Positions 55,901 to 64,000 of a DNA stretch of 64,000 nucleotides are shown here, in pieces. Location: positions 1-64,000 of the forward strand of contig CAJVPI010000044.1 in assembly GCA_910592345.1 (NCBI GenBank), written 5' to 3'. The stretch comes from Paraglomus brasilianum (Eukaryota). The notes below the pieces were generated by a model. It worked only from the letters and a program-made list of their open reading frames with translations. It was not told the DNA's origin and searched no databases. How positions within the stretch are numbered: position 1 is the first letter of the stretch; the number at the start of each line of letters is the position of its first letter. A program made the position numbers and the translations under genes.

Positions 55901-56003
55901 ATCGGATTTGACCGTGTGTTACCTCAATATTAATAATTATGACAAAATTAATGTGATTATTCTCATGCAAGTAATTTATTGAGAAAAAAAGTCCCTGTGT
56001 ATA

Positions 56004-56186
56004 CAGTCAACTCTGTCTATACCGGCCTTTTTAATACCGGTTTCGCCTTATACCGGTCCAATTTCGCTGCACCAAAAGATAATACATTAATCTCACCCCT
56101 TATAACGGCTGAATCATATACCGGTCTCTCGTTATAGCGGCTAAAAATCGCCAAACCACTCGCGCCGGTATAGACAGAGTTGACTG
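56004..56186. mobile_element. pogo/Tigger-type MITE (183 bp)
   Basis: Perfect 23-bp TIR CAGTCAACTCTGTCTATACCGGC; left TA; repeated internal TATACCGG. Confidence 0.9.
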
Positions 56187-56928
56187 TGTTTAAAATTGTA
56201 TAATGACTATAAAACTTTGCTAGCTAGAGCACTAAATAGTACGGTTCCGGTTTACAAAATTGTCAAGTTTTATCAACTGAACCGAAGAGGAAAAAAAATT
56301 AGACTCTTGGCTGATTTACTGTCTACAACGAATGTAATCCCGACAACCCAACCCCCCCCCCCCCCTGCAAGGCTGTTGACTATCCCAGACAAAGGCTATG
56401 ACAAGTATGGACCAATCTTAACATTGGTCACAATAAATTACGGTTTGTATAACATCACAACTTTCTTTTTACGACGGCTATACATCGTTCGCCTGCAGGG
56501 GGTAAGCAAGCATTCGGGACTGCTTTCTTCGTCACTTCCCTTTGTAAATTAGTGAGATGAGTAAGGTTGCAATAGGTTCAATGATTTAATCCATTTTATT
56601 TGTCATACACAGCAGTTGACTTGTCAACGCGATCTGGAAAATTGTTATTCCTTTTATTAATTATTATCTTTTTTTCGGTTTATTATTAACAAATTTATAG
56701 ATCTCTGTAAGGAAATATATCTTTTCTACTCAATGAAATGCTAGCACTATCAAGAATAAATATAAGGAGAGAAAAAAAAAATCACCGGAAAACTAGCCTG
56801 TTTACTGTTGTACTCACTAGACCAAGCTGCTTTCATACTGGGCGGTTCTTACTGGTGAACACAAGCATAGTTGGATGTTAATGGTTTTACATGAAAAAAT
56901 TTTAAGGTTAAAATTTGCCATACTAATA

Positions 56929-57667
56929 TAGTCATACTAATACCTCTTTTGTATCCCCAACCTTTAATACCCCACCCTCTGTGAAGCGGGACGGATTTCC
57001 TCTATTGTATTTGGTATAAATTTACCTCATTTGTATCCCCTTCCTATACCCAATATTTTGCTGTCCCAAATTCCTATATCATATAGTGATCCATTAATAT
57101 CATACATCCCCTATTCACTATATTACACAAAACTGACATGTCATTTCGATTTTTACATTCTGGACAAAGTTTGTTACATTTCTCCAAGCAAAAAATATCA
57201 AACCGTGCTGAAAGGCGATCGGGTCATAAACACAGACAACGTTTAAGCCAAAATCATAGTTCTCAACTATATATAAAAGCGTGCATTGCTTAACCTTCCC
57301 GATATTAAAAAATAAATCCTTATTGAATTAATCATTAAAATCAATTTTAGTATAGATGGTTCCGCAAACATGTTGAAGAAGAAGACAAGTGACGAGGAGG
57401 AAACAATTATTTCTGTGCGAATGGAAGACAGGTACTTGATATAGTTAAAAAGTTTTTAGAACAAAGAGATTTTACAACAGAAAATAATGTTAAATATATA
57501 CGCAATATAATTCGACGCTTAGATGAGCCCAGCAGCCAAACTTTATTAATCGAATTTATTAACCAATAGAATTGCATGTTTTAAACGAATGATTTATGCA
57601 CGTCATTTGTATCCCACCTCAGATATATCCTCCGTCCCAAAGGGGGGATATAAACGAGGTATGACCG
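56929..57667. mobile_element. Degraded pogo-like non-autonomous element
   Basis: Left TAGTCATAC(TAATAC)CTCTTTTGTATCCCC versus right GGGGATATAAACGAGGTATGACCG, both flanked by TA. Confidence 0.55.
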
Positions 57668-59199
57668 TACTTATGACACTAATAATAATTAACTATAATT
57701 AACAGCCATATTGGGTTCGGACAGATTTCTGGATCGTAAAGAAACTAATATTTACTCGGTTAAATTTGTACTACACTTATATATGTCATTAAATGTGTAC
57801 TCATCCAAGTATGATACAGCAGTTAATATTAAACAAACAATAAATTGTTTCCTGTAAGCACCATGTACAGTATTTAAGATAATAACCAGTACGTCTCGAT
57901 TAACAGTCTTCATGCACAATAACCATTCTCTTGTTTTTCGAACGAATTGTTGAGACAGTGAAGCGAACAAATAAATTAATAGAAATACTCAAACATCATT
58001 AATTATTTTGCAGGGGGTTATGATCTCGAATAAATAAATTCTTTAAAGTGCAAAAGCTGTTAGAAGTACTTGTTTCAACAAAGTTTATTTAATGTCGCGG
58101 CTGATGAAGCTGAAACTAACCAATGGGGTTAGAGAATAGAATCTGATCAACCAATGAAAGATCATTTATTAAATAATTGCCTAGTAATGCAAACTTTAGG
58201 CTGTCAATTATGTTTTCAATTAGTTGTATTTTCGCCATAAAGGTGGGGGAGAAAGACAATAAGATTTAAGCACATCATTAATGATTAATAGTACTTGACC
58301 CCGCAACCATCCAAATAATTTATACGTGCGCTAGTTTGTCATAAACTTGTTCATGCATCTAGCCTTTGCGTTTGGTGTTAACTTTTTTTAAACAAAGAAC
58401 GATTATGTTGTCAGTTTAACCCAATCTTTTGCACTGCTAACATTTTGTTGTATCCAAATTTGATTATCAACAAGGTTATCTCGTTGCTCATAAAATGCCA
58501 ACAACTTTCCATCCTGCTATTGACATATGTGGTTAAAATGCTAACCGGTGTATGTGTTTCACAAGATATTTATTGATCAGCAAAAACTTTTAGCAACTTG
58601 GGAAGTGAAAAATCTTTTTAATCACGACAACAGACTGTGGCTCAAATGCAAAACTCTATCTAGGGGCTGTTTGTTATTTTAACCATGGATTGCGAACCGG
58701 TCAAGTGTCAGAGCATGTGCATCCGGTTGAAAGATAATCGGACATGTCCGAATCACGTTGTTGGCGGTTGGCGGCTAGACTTGTTTTTACTGGGGCATCT
58801 GTGTTATTAATATTAATCTTGTCGGCATTATACTTTGTTTTTCCCTGTATTTGACGATGAGGACAATACTCGTAATTGTCACATACATTGATAATCGATG
58901 GCATTAGTGTTGCATACTTACTGTATTGATTTACTATGCACTTGCTCTAATTCGAACTTTTTACACTTGGCATCAAGCAAGCCTTTATAGTTTTTTAATA
59001 AAGGGAACAAGAATTCATTATGTATGAGACTTTAAAGTCTCCTCCCAAACACCTTTTACTCCTCCTTTTTATTTCAACAAATGTAAATTATAATGAGACA
59101 TTAATTTATTCTTTTTTACTTGTAGGTCTACCTCCATTTAAATTAATAGGCAAACCGCTCATGCTGTCTTATTATTATCGAGTATCAGGCAAATCAACT

Positions 59200-59972
59200 C
59201 AAATAGTACATACACTGCTCGATAAGCAACCAGACCATTATTCGTATCAATTCTTATTTTAATTCCGGCCCCAATAAATATACGCCACCTGGCCATAACT
59301 CTTACTTTTTCTCTTATTATTGCAATCAGCACACCTGTCCCCCTCAGTAACAATCAATACGCTTGGTCCATTAAACTCCTCACTTGCATTCTCACGCGTC
59401 AGTGTGGTAAGCAATATAGAGAACTCTTTCTTATATGGGTGGATCATATGGGACGGTAGTTGACGAGTGCCGAATGGGAGATAGTATCTGCTTATCAGCG
59501 GGACCGTACCAAGACAGGTACATCTTTGAATTTTGGTGTCAGGCCGGTACTCACAACGTTGTCGCTTGCAGCCATGCATTCGACACAATCTATATTTTTA
59601 ATATAAAAAACGGATTCATATTTTGCGAGTGAGTTCCTTAACAACCAATGCAATTCTAATTTGACATGTACCTTCGCTCATTCCATTACTATCCTTTATT
59701 AAAAAGGAGATTCTAACTCACCTCCAAATAAATACGCATGCGGCTCATTGGCACCCAAGAAAATAGCCTGCCCCGGATTTAGTTTTACATAATTCAATAT
59801 TAAAACGGCAAACACGCCAATATCACCCGGATATTGAGTGCTTAATCTCACAATCAACTCTTTCGTACAGTCATCAGCTCCCGTCTCTCTCTGCTCTCGC
59901 TTCACTCTCCGCGACATCTTCTCCACCGACTCTTTCACTCATCATAATTGTAGCGAACAATTCCTTGAGTCC
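59200..59972 (-). pseudogene. PMI40: Mannose-6-phosphate isomerase C-terminal half, 5'-truncated and frameshifted
   Basis: QYPGDIGVFAVLILNYVKLNPGQAIFLGANEPHAYLFG | intron | [24 protein letters not shown], then frameshift and stop (YDPPI*), then GPSVLIVTEG. Confidence 0.88.
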
Positions 59973-60340
59973 TGCATGTGCCTTGGCTGTCGCAGTTTTT
60001 AAGACCTCTCGGCGAACTCGCACGTTTGCCGGCACGCCTGCAATTATCGCAAGGCTCGCTTCTTCGTGCGGGATAAGGGGAGGTTGAGATGCTTGGAGTG
60101 TTCGAGATGTTTGAGGACATGATTGTTCACACACCCGTCCTTTTTATGCCATGCGTCGGTAAGGCGAATGTTTAACAATCCATTGAGAAATAGAAAAATA
60201 CGCAAGACAGCGAGTGAAAGGAAAGGCCTTTTTTTACAAATTTTAAGTTTGTTGATTCCGTGTGGCTGTAACCGAAAGTTCATAAATGATTGGGCATCAA
60301 AAAATTTGGGGCTGGCGTGCAAAAGCCCGGTTCCAGCAGT

Positions 60341-60745
60341 CTGGATATCTTTCACGTATGCAGGCTTTTGATTGCCGATAACTGAACAAAGAATTCGTCT
60401 TTGTATATTGTTCAAAAAATTTGGGTCCAGAATTTTTTAGAAAGCCTGGATATTTTCACGTTAAAGATTTTGATTGTCGATATGTAACTGACCAAAGAAT
60501 TCGTCTTTTATTGTTCCCGACTAGTATAACGTTACATTTGATTCAGCCTTTCATCAAATATACTGTAGAAAGAATATTCGATTTATGAATAGTGAAGCCT
60601 TTTTTAGGATAATTTGATACGGGAGCACAAATTTTAAGTTTGTGCCCCCGTTCCAGGATTTGACCCGTTTCGGGATTGTCACATTAGAATAACCTCTTGC
60701 GCCAATAAACTTCATCAAATATGCTGTAGAAAGAATATTTGATTT
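60341..60745. repeat. Two pairs of diverged direct repeats
   Basis: CTGGATAT...AAAGAATTCGTCTTT..TTGTTC at ~60341-60413 and ~60446-60516; TTCATCAAATATRCTGTAGAAAGAATATTYGATTT at ~60550 and ~60711. Confidence 0.75.
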
Positions 60746-62130
60746 CCTGTAATAATGAACATGTAAATATAAAGGCATTCAACCGTTTTCTAATTGGTTG
60801 TAATTAAGTTTATGATTGCTTTCAATATTAGCACAAGACGTGTGGCATATTGTTTCTATTTTTTAGCTACAGAGTAATTAATTAATAGATCAACTTAGGT
60901 TTTAATAATAAATTAGTAATGCTAGAAACATGGGTATATTTCTTGTAGAAGCTGATTCATAAAATTGATTGTATTCATATCCTTGTTCGTAAATCTCCAA
61001 AGACGAAATGATGGAGAAGGTATTACTGTATACTTTAAATATTATGACTTATCTGTAACTGTAAAGTTTGTTAGTCGTATGCGGTTGACTTGTAAGTAGG
61101 ATAGCACTATGCACATGTTATAATATTAAAGTATGTGGTATTAGAATACCGTACGTCTGTGAAGAACGGATAGTTCTCCTTGGCCGCGGATATAATATTG
61201 CAATATGTAACAGTGAAAGCTAGTTTCACTCATCCCGCAACAGAAAGTTTGCATCGTAAAAGCCTTTTTGAGCTGTGCGGCTTATCTTCAACTAGTTTAA
61301 CCGGCGTAAGTGTCGTTCAATGATACGTCACTCAATTCATCCATTCAGGAGCCAGCATCGTTGACTTTGCATAAGATGTTGGTGGTGGTTTACTTACAGA
61401 GAAACGGCAACGTACGTCATATGTAGTTTCCGATACAATAGCGGTAATATTTGTAAAATCACGACATTAGGAAATACACAAGTTTATGTGAAGTTGTTTT
61501 GTATGAAAATATAGACGTTGATTTGGGTTGAATATATAATGGTTGAGAAAAAAAGTGGGTAACATTAGATGGGTTATAACGTTTGTCGGTCGTCTTTGAT
61601 ATCTCAGTCTGCTGTGATGATACCAATTAGAAACCGGCTCGTGACATATTTCCCCATTACGATTATTGTTAGGTATTTTGAGACGAGGGGAATAATGTAT
61701 TACAAGCATAATAAGAGATTGGGATGATTGCACTTTTCATATTAATTAATATAAATAGCTTTAATTATTGGCGAAATGTATATATATTTGAACAAAATAT
61801 TTATGGTGGCGTGAGCTACTGTATATTATTATGATGTCCTAATTTTTCAATTATCATAAACATGATAGATAAAAATTGATATTATTTCTGCGTGTATTTA
61901 CATGTATGTTACACTCATCAATGATTTGACTAATAGCATTTTGATTATCACCATCGAATACCAGTGTGCAAACCAATTCCTAACATGTTGAGATACGTTT
62001 TCTGACAAAGAGGCGTATTGCGATTTCAATAATAAAAAGTTCTCTTATTAGTACGCGTTTTCTTTTTAAGGCGTCGACTGGCAGTTATTTCTCCACATTC
62101 ATTGTTTTTAGCTGGGCCACTAAAAATATA

Positions 62131-63388
62131 CAGTATGGGAAGAAAAAACTTGCCCTCTATATACACGTAACAAAATCTCGCGTAGCTTGCCAAATTTAAC
62201 AGATGTCGCGTAAACAAAAAATTTATTATAAATATCACCTCCTAGCACACCGTTTATCATATTTCGCCTTGAATTGTTTTGCTATTAAATTTCTCCATAA
62301 ATCATTCTTAAAATGCCTTCACAAAGTAAAAAACCTCATGCCGAAGTCATCTTACATTTCTGGAACAAGGGAGTACAATCTCCCAAGAAATTCATAAACT
62401 CACAAACATCCCACTCCGAACTGTCAAATATTACATTAAAAAAATAACAGTGTTGTACGTAAGAAAGGAAGTGGCCATCCCAAAAAGATTAGTGGGGTTA
62501 CATCTGTTGCTATTGGTCAATACGTAAGACGGGACCCCACTACATCATCTTGGAAATTGGAAGTGAAATTAGCAGAAAAAGGGTTTAGTGTGTCCTGTAG
62601 AACCATTTCAAAGCATCTGGGTAGCTTGGGTTATAAAAATAATGTGCCATTACCTACTCCTATGCTTACCAAGGCACAAGGAAAAACGGGTAGAATGGGC
62701 CTATGCTCATCTCAATGACAACTGGAATACATCCCTTTTTTCTGATGAAATGGCTTTCCAGTTATTCAGGAATACCATTACACAATGGTATAAAGGCTCA
62801 CAGCCAATTAAACCCATTCCAAAAAACTGTAAAAAGTTTTGCCTGGGTGGGTTTTGTATGCAAGGAAAGACAAGCCTTTTTTGCTTTTGGCAAATAATGA
62901 CTGGACCATATTATGTCGAAATCCTTTAGCAACACTTACCAGAGATTCAACAGATGCTGGGACATGTCTGGCGCTTTCAGCAAGACAATGATCCTAAGCA
63001 CACTAGCCGTGTTGCTTCAGAATTTCTTCGAGAAAACATGCCCAAGGTCATTGACTGGCCGTCCAATAGTCCAGACCTCAACTCCATAGAAAACCTATGG
63101 AGTATTGTTAAAAGAAATGTAGAGAAGCGGCAACCAAAAAATCTTGATGATTTGCGGCAGTTTATGGTCGAGGAGTGGGATAATATTCCATAAAAAATTT
63201 AATAGGATCAATGAGAAGACGTTGTGAAGCAATTATTGAACAAGGTGGTGAACGAATTAATTTTTAATTTCTTTTAATAAAATTGGCAAGTCTCACAGAT
63301 TTAAATAAGCTATTAATGAAATAATTTGCATTGATGGTTGTTGAGTTATTACAAAATTACAGAGGGCAAGTTTTTTCTTCCCATACTG
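62131..63388 (+). mobile_element. Full-length Tc1 (DD34E) transposon with inactivated transposase (62313-63267)
   Basis: Perfect 28-bp TIRs CAGTATGGGAAGAAAAAACTTGCCCTCT, TA TSDs; FSDE...QQDNDPKH-WPSNSPDLNSIEN with D-34-E spacing; frameshifts and stops. Confidence 0.95.
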
Positions 63389-63480
63389 TATCTTGTTCGG
63401 ATCTAGAGAGAGCTCGAAATGCTTCACGAAATTTTCTCTTGGAATCTTTTTTGAGCAACCACAATTGCAACCTACATATA

Positions 63481-63664
63481 CAGTCGCCCCCTCTATAGTC
63501 ATATTGTCAGGAACAATGCAACTTTTGTTGGAAGTGTGCTTATAAAGAGGTTGTGACTATATAGAGGTTTTTTTCTATAAGTTTAATAGTAACATGGTGT
63601 GCTTATAAAGAGGTTTTTTATATGATGTGCTTATAGAGTGAGTGACTGTAGAGGGTGACACCTG
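63481..63664. mobile_element. pogo/Tigger-type MITE (184 bp)
   Basis: TA-CAGTCGCCCCCTCTATAGTCA...TGACTGTAGAGGGTGACACCTG-TA; internal GTGCTTATA repeats. Confidence 0.8.
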
Positions 63665-64000
63665 TACCTCTAAGAAACGTATTGCCTTTTCATATTCAAA
63701 TATCGCAATAATTTAACGTGTTTAGAATTTTGAAAACCCAGATCTTTTATAACAATTTTATTACGCTGCACACAGTACAAACACAATGACATGTTAATAA
63801 AGAGCGCGAATTTCTAATACAAGAAAAAGTCACAAAGATATTACAAAACTAGACTAGTACATGGCAGGTACGATTACGAAGTTACTACAAAGATATTGAC
63901 TTTTGAATGTTACAACGCGTAAATGTAAAACTAACGTTTCTTTATTTACAATGTAACGTATTAGTATTCCTTTATCTGATGCGTAAGACTTTATTTCGAT

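Noticed and set aside
58701..58904. 67-aa ORF ending CSDT* as a possible antizyme ORF1 with +1 frameshift
   Set aside because: No canonical shift site at the stop and no antizyme-like ORF2 recognised downstream
60341..60745. CRISPR-like array
   Set aside because: Eukaryotic context, only pairs of diverged repeats, no cas genes

Overview
Eukaryotic, intron-rich, AT-rich fungal DNA. Gene content (Crinkler effectors, gamma-SNAP, CpG-eroded TE relics) suggests an early-diverging fungus (Mucoromycota, probably Glomeromycotina). Apparently intact spliced genes: a DENND11/LCHN-family protein, gamma-SNAP, NOP10, PRP40, RNase H2 subunit B, SNU13, GID4/VID24, an SreA/Urbs1-type iron-responsive GATA repressor and an NDR kinase (CBK1/COT1). 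Accessory content: a Crinkler NTPase+REase gene with an in-frame TGA, a nuclease-like pseudogene, a mannose-6-phosphate isomerase fragment, and many Tc1/mariner/pogo elements and MITEs. Most notable: (i) a TIR-bounded pogo/Tigger derivative carrying a captured Crinkler fragment, 70 bp upstream of a Crinkler gene; (ii) the sreA locus, with a stop-free 3n intron inside zinc finger 1 and a GATA-dense upstream desert holding exact ATCWGATAA sites; (iii) two GC-AG introns. Exon boundaries were read manually; no database search was run.
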